Virus record (IMG/VR): IMGVR_UViG_3300030329_004520 | Location: 18,544-82,543 of that record | Direction: 5' to 3' (one strand) | Length of the DNA stretch: 64,000 bases | Source of the DNA: a virus | Shown: positions 50,558 through 59,555 of the stretch, one piece after another | How the letters are laid out: each line of letters begins with the position of its first letter | Position numbering within the stretch: position 1 is the first letter of the stretch | Program-made: the position numbers and the translations under genes | The notes under the pieces: generated by a model | What the model saw: the letters and a program-made list of their open reading frames with translations, nothing else | The model's database searches: none | What the model was told of the DNA's origin: nothing

Positions 50558-50890
50558 ATGGCTTTAATTAAGTGGACAGACGCTGATACTACTTGGGCTG
50601 AAATGAATCAAATATGGAGTTTGGTTGAAGAAGTCGTCACCGTAGTAGAAGAAGGTGTAGGTGGTTCAACACCAAAAGCTAGAAAGAAAAGATTAGAGAA
50701 GTTTTTAGCTCAAGAACCAGAAAAGAAGAAAAAACTTATACATTTAATATGTAGAATTGAAGGTGTAAAGGTTTATGATGATAAAAAAGAAGTACAAGAT
50801 GATGTACAAGTTACATTAGAAAAAGTAGAAATGTTAGCTGAACAAGTTCTAGGGAAAAAAATAAAAGTGGAGAATCCAGATGTCGTATAA
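50558..50890 (+). CDS. hypothetical protein
   Basis: 110-aa ORF directly after the promoter motif. Confidence 0.7.
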   Translation: MALIKWTDADTTWAEMNQIWSLVEEVVTVVEEGVGGSTPKARKKRLEKFLAQEPEKKKKLIHLICRIEGVKVYDDKKEVQDDVQVTLEKVEMLAEQVLGKKIKVENPDVV

Positions 50891-51425
50891 ACTATACACA
50901 GATAAAACAGAAACATTTAAGTGTAAGATACATTTAGAAGGAGCAGAACTTAATGAAGCGATATCTCGTCTAGTTATTGAATCATCTAGAATAAATTTAT
51001 TATTTGAAGGAACAATTGATAAAAATGGTAATTGTGAAGTACCAATAAAAAAATTAAAAAATATTTTAAAAGAAAATGATACAGGTAAAATGAAACTTGA
51101 AGTTATAGCAGATGATACATATTTTGAACCGTGGACATCAGATTTTTCAGTTGATACGAGTAAGAAAATAAAGGTTGAAGTTAAAGAATATAAACAACAA
51201 AATACTAAACCTAAAATAAAAATAACTGAAATTAATAAACCTAAAGAAGTAAATCCTATTACTGAAATTTCAAATATGCTTAATAAAAAAGGTATAACTT
51301 TGAGAAAATTTGTAGAAAATAAAACAAAGTTTTTACCAATATTGAAAGAATATAGTGAAAAAGTTAAATATGACAAGGGTACTAAATCATTTATAATTGA
51401 AGTTATTAAAAAATTAAAACAATAA
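50880..51425 (+). CDS. hypothetical virion protein
   Basis: GGAG RBS; beta-rich N-terminal half ending LEVIADDTYFEPW. Confidence 0.7.
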   Translation: MSYKLYTDKTETFKCKIHLEGAELNEAISRLVIESSRINLLFEGTIDKNGNCEVPIKKLKNILKENDTGKMKLEVIADDTYFEPWTSDFSVDTSKKIKVEVKEYKQQNTKPKIKITEINKPKEVNPITEISNMLNKKGITLRKFVENKTKFLPILKEYSEKVKYDKGTKSFIIEVIKKLKQ

Positions 51426-51435
51426 GGTTATACAT

Positions 51436-51963
51436 ATGTCATTCGATTTAACGAATAAGAATATATCGGATACTTTCCAGAATCTACTACAACAGACTGG
51501 TAGTAGTAGTCAAATATATGATTTGGAAGGTACTCAAGTAAATCATATAAATATTACCAATATATCTGCCTCAGTATTAGAAATACCAAATAGTAGTGAC
51601 CAATCAGGTAACAAATTACATTCAAGAAGTGGAACACTTTATTTTGGTGATACTAATCTTGCCAGTGGTGGTGGTGGTATAACAAATGTTATTGAAGACA
51701 CAACACCACAATTAGGTGGCCAACTTGATTTAAATGATAAAACTATTAGTGGTTCAATGATAGTAACTGGTAGTTTAGAAGTTAAATCTGTAAATGCAAC
51801 TGATGATTTCTTTTTGTTAAAAACGGGTAGTTTAGATTCGGTAAAAGTTAATGGTCAAGGTGTTTTACAATTAGGTGGATTTACATTTACACCAACAGCT
51901 GTAAGAGGTGGTGTTTATTATAATCATACTGAAGACGAATTTTTTGTAGGAAAAAATAATTAA
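51436..51963 (+). CDS. short fibre-like structural protein
   Basis: DLT...IS.TFQNLLQ start; EDTTPQLGGQLDLN motif typical of phage fibres. Confidence 0.65.
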   Translation: MSFDLTNKNISDTFQNLLQQTGSSSQIYDLEGTQVNHINITNISASVLEIPNSSDQSGNKLHSRSGTLYFGDTNLASGGGGITNVIEDTTPQLGGQLDLNDKTISGSMIVTGSLEVKSVNATDDFFLLKTGSLDSVKVNGQGVLQLGGFTFTPTAVRGGVYYNHTEDEFFVGKNN

Positions 51964-51996
51964 TATATACTTATATATAGATACTAGGAGAATGTA

Positions 51997-53034
51997 ATGG
52001 CTGAATGGAAAAAAATAATAACGAGTGGAAGTAACGCTCACTTAAATAACATTACTGCAAGTGCAGGTATAAGTGTGGCTGGTGTAGCTACTTTTAATGA
52101 TATAACTGCAACAGGTTTAGCAGACCAAAGTTCGGAAGCAACAGCTTTAGTGATAGATGGTTCAAATATTGTTGGAACACGAGAACTTGGTTCAAATGCA
52201 TTTAATTCTACAACAATTGGAACAACAACAAATGCTTTAACCGTAGATGATGCCACCATACAATTAAATACAGGCACTACATTTAATGGTTCAGCTGCTA
52301 GAACAATTTCAATAAAAGATGGTGGGGTTGATTCAGATGCTTTAGCAGCAGATATATCTGTAACAAGTTTTACATCAACAACTATAACAGCAGCACAAAT
52401 TTCAGCAAGTACAGGTTTAAGTGCTAGTTCAGCAGAAATCGGTGGAGCTTTATCAGTTGAAGGTGATGTAGATTTTAATGGTGACTTAGATGTAGATGGC
52501 CAGACTAATTTAGATGCTACAACTATAGCAGGAACACTTGTTGTTGATGGTACAAGCATATCATTAGATTCAACTTCAACTTTAAATATAGATAATTCAA
52601 ATACTTCAAATGGTATTACGATTGGTACTGCTACAAGTGGTGTTCCAATTACAATTGGCCACACAACTTCTGAAGTTACGGTAGGTGATAATCTAATCGT
52701 TGTCGGTGATTTAACCGTTCAAGGTGATACAACAACTTTAACAACTACTAATACAGAAGTAAAAGACCAATTTTTATTCTTAAATAGTGGTTCATCAGCA
52801 GGAGACGCAGGTTTAGTTGTTTCAAATGGAGGTACTAATTCCGGTTCAGCTTTTTTCTTCGATGATAGTGCTGATAGATGGGGATTTGCAACAGGTTCAG
52901 TAGGAAAAACTGCTACAAGTGTAACTCCAACTGGATATGCAGTTGCAGCTGTAACAAATGATAATGTTACAGAGTATAGAAAAAATGGAAATATCAGAGT
53001 TGAAAGTGGCGAAATCTATATTTATGTTGAATAA
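51997..53034 (+). CDS. fibre-like structural protein
   Basis: MAEWKKIITSGS start; GDLTVQGDTTT...VKDQFLFLN..., FFDDSADRW. Confidence 0.7.
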   Translation: MAEWKKIITSGSNAHLNNITASAGISVAGVATFNDITATGLADQSSEATALVIDGSNIVGTRELGSNAFNSTTIGTTTNALTVDDATIQLNTGTTFNGSAARTISIKDGGVDSDALAADISVTSFTSTTITAAQISASTGLSASSAEIGGALSVEGDVDFNGDLDVDGQTNLDATTIAGTLVVDGTSISLDSTSTLNIDNSNTSNGITIGTATSGVPITIGHTTSEVTVGDNLIVVGDLTVQGDTTTLTTTNTEVKDQFLFLNSGSSAGDAGLVVSNGGTNSGSAFFFDDSADRWGFATGSVGKTATSVTPTGYAVAAVTNDNVTEYRKNGNIRVESGEIYIYVE

Positions 53035-53043
53035 GAGGTATGA

Positions 53044-53241
53044 ATGGCAGTAAACTTTAATGGTGGATTCACAATAGGTGGTGAAAAACATCCTTTAACA
53101 TCAGACGAAATAAGATTTTTATTAACAATTTTAAGAAGTTGTAAATTTCAAGGTGATGAATTAGAAAATCTAATGGTTATTGTAATGAAATTACAAGAAG
53201 AATATAAAGAAGTTTTAAAAAAAGAAAAACAAACAAAGTAG
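53044..53241 (+). CDS. small helical protein (possible fibre chaperone)
   Basis: GAGG RBS; 65 aa between two fibre genes. Confidence 0.65.
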   Translation: MAVNFNGGFTIGGEKHPLTSDEIRFLLTILRSCKFQGDELENLMVIVMKLQEEYKEVLKKEKQTK

Positions 53242-53300
53242 TTATTGGCCTAATGTGTGGCAACATTGGGAAGTGGGCTTATCACAAGTAACCAACCATA
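53242..53300 (+). ncRNA. candidate structured cis-regulatory RNA
   Basis: GC-rich spacer; hairpin CCTAATGT/ACATTGGG (53249-53270), hairpin GCTT/AAGT (53277-53289), closing TTGG/CCAA; no U-tail. Confidence 0.45.
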
Positions 53301-53314
53301 ATTAGGAGGAATAT

Positions 53315-55741
53315 ATGCCAAGCTGGAAAAAAGTCATAACATCAGGGAGCTCTCCCGTATTTAATCAAATAACCGCAAGTGGAAACATAAGTTCAAGTAA
53401 TAATCTCATTGCTAAGGGGTGGTATGGAGAAAACGGTGATAACTATATTTTATCAGGTCTACCTAATCTTGCAATAGGTGATTCCGATATATTTTTCAAT
53501 ACAGAACAATCGTATGTATTTAGTTACGATACTGCTGAATCTATGGAAGTATTCGCAAAACAGAAAAAGTTAAGTTTGGGTAATATAGCTTCATTAAATC
53601 GTCAACCTCAAAAGTCAACTTTTCATTTAGTTGGTGATATGACAACAACATCACATATAACCGCAAGTGGAACTATAAGTGCGAGTCTTGGTATTAGTCA
53701 ATTTGATAAAATACTTACATCGGGCTTAAGATTTAAGAGACCTGGAACGGGTGCAATATCTGTAATGACCTCTACTCACGGTGATAGAAGTAATGATATT
53801 GTATTTAAAATACCAGGTGACATAAGTGCTAGTGGTGATTTCTTTTTATCTGAATCAGTTAGTTTCGCGACAACTAATGATATTGACATATATGGTAATG
53901 GTAGAGATTTAGATTTTAGAGCCGGTGGAACTACTGGTGTAAGATTTACAATAAACGGGGCAAACTCAAATGTAGCCATAGGAACTACAAAAGATACATC
54001 ACACGAATTAACCGTAGAAGGTGACATAACTGCTAGTGGAACAACTTATTTAAATACTTTAGAACTTACAAACATAACTGCTAGTAGTGATATTTATGCT
54101 CAAAATGTTTATGTTCCAGATGGCGGTGATGTGGGGGCTGTTGGTATTAGATGGGTATTTAATGATACTGATAATTACATTAAACCAAATGCTGTAACCC
54201 ATAATATTGTATTGGGAGATGATGACCGAGTAGATGATGTTTATGGTGTTCTTATTGAAAAATTAGATAATAATACAACAAAACCATTTTTGTTAATTGT
54301 CAATGATGATGACGCAGCCGATAGAGCTTATATTACTACACGAACTGATAGAGGTGGTTCAGGAGAGGATAGAGCTTGGTCATTTGGTACTAAATATTCA
54401 TCTGATGCTTTTATGATATCAAGTGGTAGTGGTCACGGTGGGAATATTGCTGGTAGTGAAACATTTTTTAATTTACAATCAAATAATGATGGAACAGCAT
54501 ATTGTGGTATAAATACATTATTAAAAACACCACCACAAGCTTTAACCGTAGGTGGTGGTATAAGTGCTAGTGGTGATTTCTTTTTAGGAAACAATACACC
54601 AGGACATTTCATAAGTGCTAGTAATGGTAATATGGAATTAAGTGGAAGTGGAACTGCAGTACTTGAAGTAGTAGGTGACATAAGTGCAAGTCAAAAATTA
54701 TATGTAAATGAAATAACAGCAAGTGCAGGAATAAGTGCAAGTGGTGATATAACAGCTACGGGAGATATATATGTAAGTAATATAATACTTCCCGATGATG
54801 GTGTTGTCGGAGCCACAAATGAAAAATGGGTATTCAATGAATCAGATAATATCATTAATACATTTAATGCTAATACAAAGGTAATATGTAAAGGAAGTAG
54901 TACTGATTACGCTACATATGAAGATTATCTTGATGGTGGTGGTATAGGGGCGTTCACTAATTATCTTAATGGTACTAATCCACAAATGTTATCTGTTAAT
55001 ACTAGAGATGCGACAGGTGCACATGCATATAATCAAATTAGAACGGGTAAAGATGACCGAATGTATAATTATGGTATTCATGCATCATCTGGTGATTTCT
55101 TTATAGCTAGTGGGAGTATTACACGAACACATTTTGTAATACAAGATGCAACAGCGAATGTGGGTATCGGAACAGCTTCTCCAGGTGAAAAGTTAGAAGT
55201 AGTTGGAAACATAAGTGCAAGTGGTCTTATACATGCAGGTGCAGTAAGTGCGAGTGGAAATTTACGAATAGGAAATCCTCCTACAAATGCAGTAGGAAAA
55301 TTTAATGTAAATCATGGACATCCTACGGGTTCATCAATACAAAGTGCGTTGGGAAAAGGTACTGGTGAAATTATACAAATGGGTGGTGTAACAACAACAG
55401 CAGGATTAATTTATGTTTTATCAGAAGATTCTACAGCATGGACTTTACCCGATATAGATACAGAATCAAAAATTACTGGTTTATTAGCTGTAGCGTTGGG
55501 AACAAATTCTACAACAGACGGAATGTTGATACGAGGAATGGCGCAAGTATCTCAATCTGGTCGTATACCTCGAGGTAGGCCTGTTTATTTGCGTGATGGT
55601 GGTATAGTTACAGGTTCTGTTCAAGATTATGGAGATGATGATATAGTTAGAGTTCTCGGTCATTGTTTAGATTGGGGAAACTCAAATGGTTCAGCTTCAA
55701 TTTATTTTAATCCTGATACTACTTGGGTTGAGGTATCATAA
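53315..55741 (+). CDS. fibre-like structural protein (808 aa)
   Basis: AGGAGG RBS; MPSWKKVITSGS start; many G.ISASG repeats; C-terminal globular domain GLLAVALG...VRVLGHC...YFNPDTTWVE. Confidence 0.75.
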   Translation: MPSWKKVITSGSSPVFNQITASGNISSSNNLIAKGWYGENGDNYILSGLPNLAIGDSDIFFNTEQSYVFSYDTAESMEVFAKQKKLSLGNIASLNRQPQKSTFHLVGDMTTTSHITASGTISASLGISQFDKILTSGLRFKRPGTGAISVMTSTHGDRSNDIVFKIPGDISASGDFFLSESVSFATTNDIDIYGNGRDLDFRAGGTTGVRFTINGANSNVAIGTTKDTSHELTVEGDITASGTTYLNTLELTNITASSDIYAQNVYVPDGGDVGAVGIRWVFNDTDNYIKPNAVTHNIVLGDDDRVDDVYGVLIEKLDNNTTKPFLLIVNDDDAADRAYITTRTDRGGSGEDRAWSFGTKYSSDAFMISSGSGHGGNIAGSETFFNLQSNNDGTAYCGINTLLKTPPQALTVGGGISASGDFFLGNNTPGHFISASNGNMELSGSGTAVLEVVGDISASQKLYVNEITASAGISASGDITATGDIYVSNIILPDDGVVGATNEKWVFNESDNIINTFNANTKVICKGSSTDYATYEDYLDGGGIGAFTNYLNGTNPQMLSVNTRDATGAHAYNQIRTGKDDRMYNYGIHASSGDFFIASGSITRTHFVIQDATANVGIGTASPGEKLEVVGNISASGLIHAGAVSASGNLRIGNPPTNAVGKFNVNHGHPTGSSIQSALGKGTGEIIQMGGVTTTAGLIYVLSEDSTAWTLPDIDTESKITGLLAVALGTNSTTDGMLIRGMAQVSQSGRIPRGRPVYLRDGGIVTGSVQDYGDDDIVRVLGHCLDWGNSNGSASIYFNPDTTWVEVS

Positions 55742-56286
55742 TGGAATTACAAGAATGGGCAAGTGGTTCTTTTCAAGAAACTGATACTGATTATAAAATA
55801 GCAGGTCAAAATATTTTATATAAAAATGAAGAAACTTTTTTAGTAAAAGGTGTAGAGTTATTATGTGATGCAATAAATCCTAAATCTGTATTAGAATTTG
55901 GATTCGGAAAAGGTTGGACAGCAACAGAATTTCAACGAAAAGGTGTTACTCGGCATGTTATACTTGAACCTAATATAGAACTTTATCAAGCAGCATTAAC
56001 TTGGAAAGCTAACTATAGTACTAACATAGATATACTTAATATTTGGAGTTGGGATTATAGTGGAGGAGAAACTTTTGATTTAGTCTATGATGATAGAGAA
56101 CCAGTAACGGCTGATGATTGTGATAATCATTTTAATCATATGAAAACTATATTACCTTCAACACAATTATATGCATTTAATTCTCATATAGCTACAGGAG
56201 ATAATTTTGGTAGGTCTATTGAATATACATTAAATGGTATTAAGTACAGACAAAGTTTAACAGAAGGTTTTTATGGCAACGGTTAA
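55741..56286 (+). CDS. class I SAM-dependent methyltransferase (GAMT/Rmt2-like)
   Basis: SVLEFGFGKG motif I, RHVILEPN, W..., FDLVYDD. Confidence 0.75.
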   Translation: MELQEWASGSFQETDTDYKIAGQNILYKNEETFLVKGVELLCDAINPKSVLEFGFGKGWTATEFQRKGVTRHVILEPNIELYQAALTWKANYSTNIDILNIWSWDYSGGETFDLVYDDREPVTADDCDNHFNHMKTILPSTQLYAFNSHIATGDNFGRSIEYTLNGIKYRQSLTEGFYGNG

Positions 56287-56854
56287 TTTACACCCAGAAA
56301 GTACCGTAACAAATGGTTGGACGGTAGGATTAGCTTCATCTGCAGATGTTGCATTAAGTGATACTAATGCTTTAACTTACATAACAACAGCACTTCAGAG
56401 TAGAAATTGTACCGTTGAATTAGGTCCGTTACCAGTCAATGCAACATCTGTTTCAAGTGTAAGACATTATATATCTGGATTTGTTTTTAATACGAGAAGT
56501 GGAACAACAGAGGTACAAGTTAAATTACAAAATAGTTCAGGAACTGATTTATGGTCAGAAAATCATACATTGAATTTTAATTCTTATAATGCAGAAGACC
56601 ATTATGGAACAGCTAGAACGAGTCGTGCAAACGGTGATGTAAGTGCATGGACTCTTAGTGATATAAATGGTTTACGATTAAATATCAACACAACACCTGA
56701 AGACCCACCTCTTATATCTCAGGCACGAATTGTTAAAGCATTTGTTGAAGTAACATATTCGACCGGATATGGGAATAGAGTTAGTAATGTAGCTGATATC
56801 GCAAAAGTAAATGGAATAGCTACTGGAGATATAGATAATATAAATGGAATATAG
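56273..56854 (+). CDS. hypothetical beta-rich structural protein
   Basis: Overlaps the methyltransferase gene; WTLSDINGL, FVEVTY; tail IAKVNGIATGDIDNINGI. Confidence 0.7.
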   Translation: MATVNLHPESTVTNGWTVGLASSADVALSDTNALTYITTALQSRNCTVELGPLPVNATSVSSVRHYISGFVFNTRSGTTEVQVKLQNSSGTDLWSENHTLNFNSYNAEDHYGTARTSRANGDVSAWTLSDINGLRLNINTTPEDPPLISQARIVKAFVEVTYSTGYGNRVSNVADIAKVNGIATGDIDNINGI

Positions 56855-57028
56855 ATGGCAATAACAACACAACAAGAATTAGTAGATACATTTTTTCCAG
56901 ATGAAAATAAATCAATAGATGATTTAGTTAATCATTTATATGATTTACAAAAAGGATTATATACTAAAGAAGAAATTAAAACAGAGTTAAAAGATAAAAT
57001 AACAAATGTATCTGATTGGAGTATCTAA
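56855..57028 (+). CDS. 57-aa hypothetical protein (not in ORF track)
   Basis: MAITTQQELVDTFFPDENK...VSDWSI fills the gap exactly. Confidence 0.65.
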   Translation: MAITTQQELVDTFFPDENKSIDDLVNHLYDLQKGLYTKEEIKTELKDKITNVSDWSI

Positions 57029-57577
57029 GTGGCATCAACTGGTGTAATAGAAGGTAGTTCTAGTAGTGGTGATGTCACATTCGCAACTGCTTGGTTTTCA
57101 TCTTCTGGTACGGTAGTTTGGTTAAATAACACAACATATTCTGAAATAACAGGTTTTAGTGGAACAATTAATGGTACGGTAACGGGTGTTAAAGTATATC
57201 TTATAGATACTTATCTTCCATTAGGTGGAAGCGCAACGATGGATGTATATTTATCATTTGATGGTGGTTCAAACTATTCGTATAAAAACTCCGGTACTTT
57301 AAGTGGAACATCTACTGATGATATTACTATTGGAGCTGAAGATGAACTTATAACAACTGGTAACGGTTGGTCAGCTAATATTGATTTATCTAGTTTTTCT
57401 GACTTATCAGATATAAGAATAAAGGGTATGAGACAGGGTTCCTCAATGGTTATGTATAGTAATCATGCTGAGATAGAAATTTTTTATACGGCAGCTGCCG
57501 GTGTTACTACTAGTCAAAGATTAAGACTTTCTTCGGGAAACTTAAATTTAAAAGCTGGTAAATTAAAATTAAAATAA
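57029..57577 (+). CDS. hypothetical beta-rich structural protein
   Basis: GTG start with GGAG upstream; LSFDGGSNY, AEIEIFY. Confidence 0.7.
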   Translation: MASTGVIEGSSSSGDVTFATAWFSSSGTVVWLNNTTYSEITGFSGTINGTVTGVKVYLIDTYLPLGGSATMDVYLSFDGGSNYSYKNSGTLSGTSTDDITIGAEDELITTGNGWSANIDLSSFSDLSDIRIKGMRQGSSMVMYSNHAEIEIFYTAAAGVTTSQRLRLSSGNLNLKAGKLKLK

Positions 57578-57578
57578 A

Positions 57579-57588
57579 TATATTTATA
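57579..57588 (+). promoter_or_regulatory. putative late promoter TATATTTATA
   Basis: Recurrent intergenic motif. Confidence 0.55.
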
Positions 57589-57607
57589 TTAAACAGAGAG
57601 ATATCAT

Positions 57608-58924
57608 ATGGCAATAAGATTTGAAAAGGGTGGATTTTTAGGACACATCAGTGCTAGTGGTGGTAATATATTTATTGATACTAGTGGTTCTGTTGGAACA
57701 ATAAATCTAGGAACTCAATTAGAAATTACAGGTTCTAAAATCATTGAAAAAGATAAAGACGGAAATAAAAGAGTAGTAAAAACATTTAATGCAGATGGTT
57801 CAATCACACGAGAAGAGTTCAGTCCAAGTAATCAAAATTATGCTCAAAACACTTATCTTAAAGATGGTTCAGGTACTGAAACTATACAAAGTGCAAGTTC
57901 TGACTCAAATCAAATACAATTTCAACAAACTGCAAACGGAGCATTAATTATTGTTTCCGGTTCAGGACTTCCCGGTATTCTTATTGCGGGAACTTCAAAT
58001 AGTCCAACTAATACTGGATATTATACTAGAAAAGATGTAGCGAAAGGAACGGTATATTCTACTAATGCGGCTAGTCCACCTACCGTGTCTACAGGTATAG
58101 ATAGTACGGGTAATTATTATATAGATACTAATGGTGTATCTCCGATATCTACAGCTCCTTGGGACACTAGGTTTAAAATGACACCTAAGGGTGATATATC
58201 AATGAGTGGTGACTTAACCGTCACTGGTAAATTAACGGCAGAAGAATTTCATACAACTTATACATCATCTTCAATAGTTTATTCTAGTGGTTCAACAGCA
58301 TTCGGTGATTCTACTGATGATACTCATATATTTACAGGAAGTTTAAGTGGTGAAAAACATTTAACTATAGCAGGTGACATAAGTGCAAGTGGTAATTTAC
58401 TTTTAAAACAAGGTGCATCAACTGGAGGTTTTATAGTACTAAATCAGATGGTGGGGTTTTCAGGTGGCTTTCCTCAAGATGATTACATATCATATTCATC
58501 AGTAAATGATGGAATTACTATTAAATCAAATCATATTATATTAGATGCATCAGCGGAACTGGGTATCGGAAACGATTCACCACCAGAAAAATTGACCGTA
58601 GAAGGTAATATAAGTTCAAGTGGAGCTACAATTCATAAAATACATCAATTTGCTGATGGAGATACAACACCGAGTGTATCTAATAAAACTATATTTAAAA
58701 CTGCTAATTCAACATCAACAACTATAACGGGATTAGATGATGGTGTGCCCGGACAAATAGTACATATTTTAATACAAGATAACAACACAGATTTTACAGA
58801 TGGTACAAATTTTAATTTGTTTAGAAGTTTAGATTGGACAGCAGCCGCAACAAATGATGTTCTAAGTATGATATGTGTAGATGGTACAAAATGGGTGACT
58901 TTACAAAGAACTGATAATTCATAG
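57608..58924 (+). CDS. fibre-like structural protein
   Basis: SGSTAFGDSTDDTHIFTGS module; C-terminal DTTPSV...DDG..GQ...CVDG.KW domain. Confidence 0.7.
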   Translation: MAIRFEKGGFLGHISASGGNIFIDTSGSVGTINLGTQLEITGSKIIEKDKDGNKRVVKTFNADGSITREEFSPSNQNYAQNTYLKDGSGTETIQSASSDSNQIQFQQTANGALIIVSGSGLPGILIAGTSNSPTNTGYYTRKDVAKGTVYSTNAASPPTVSTGIDSTGNYYIDTNGVSPISTAPWDTRFKMTPKGDISMSGDLTVTGKLTAEEFHTTYTSSSIVYSSGSTAFGDSTDDTHIFTGSLSGEKHLTIAGDISASGNLLLKQGASTGGFIVLNQMVGFSGGFPQDDYISYSSVNDGITIKSNHIILDASAELGIGNDSPPEKLTVEGNISSSGATIHKIHQFADGDTTPSVSNKTIFKTANSTSTTITGLDDGVPGQIVHILIQDNNTDFTDGTNFNLFRSLDWTAAATNDVLSMICVDGTKWVTLQRTDNS

Positions 58925-58932
58925 GAGAAAAT

Positions 58933-59496
58933 ATGGCGAGAGATAGTGTAAGACCAGAATTAAGTTCATCAAGATTATTTACTAGAGGTAGTAAAGATTT
59001 GGAAGGTGGTGTAGTTGATACCACACATTATAATTTTATGTCATCTTCTTTCATAACGAATGAATATCTATCAGATTCTGGAATGTTTGGAATAGTAGCA
59101 CCTTTAGTTTATCAAATGGATTTGATTAAAGATGATATAGATAATATACATACTGAAGTTTCTGCTAGTTCATATACAGAAACAATAAATAGTGGTTCGT
59201 TTGTATCTGAAATAAAAACATTTACTTCTAGAGATACAACACCTTCAGTTAAACACGGAACTTTATTTAAAACTAATAATGATAGACCTATAAGTATTAC
59301 AGATTTTGATGATGGTCAAGCTGGACAACAAATTACTATTATTATGGGTTGTGATAATACAGGGTTTACTCACAATAGAACTAAACTATGCTTAAGTGGA
59401 GCAGCTAATGTATTAAGATTTTATACCGGTGATACAATTTCATTTGTCTGTGATGGAGATAAGTGGTACGAAACAAATCGTAGTGATAATACTTAA
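58933..59496 (+). CDS. short structural protein sharing the C-terminal domain of 57608
   Basis: DTTPSVKHGTLFKT...ITDFDDGQAGQ...VCDGDKWYE..RSDN. Confidence 0.7.
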   Translation: MARDSVRPELSSSRLFTRGSKDLEGGVVDTTHYNFMSSSFITNEYLSDSGMFGIVAPLVYQMDLIKDDIDNIHTEVSASSYTETINSGSFVSEIKTFTSRDTTPSVKHGTLFKTNNDRPISITDFDDGQAGQQITIIMGCDNTGFTHNRTKLCLSGAANVLRFYTGDTISFVCDGDKWYETNRSDNT

Positions 59497-59513
59497 TAAA
59501 ATTTCATTTTTTT

Positions 59514-59529
59514 TATATTTATATATGAA
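59514..59529 (+). promoter_or_regulatory. putative late promoter TATATTTATATATGAA
   Basis: Identical 16-mer at 6567 and 20002. Confidence 0.65.
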
Positions 59530-59555
59530 TAGATACATAAAACTGGAGAATCGTT

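Noticed and set aside
53249-53270. Rho-independent terminator or tRNA
   Set aside because: No U-tract after the hairpin and no cloverleaf or T-loop consensus
33829-59496. Diversity-generating retroelement acting on fibre genes
   Set aside because: No reverse transcriptase seen; the repeats are both coding and are either exact or differ at varied synonymous sites, with no adenine-specific pattern noticed
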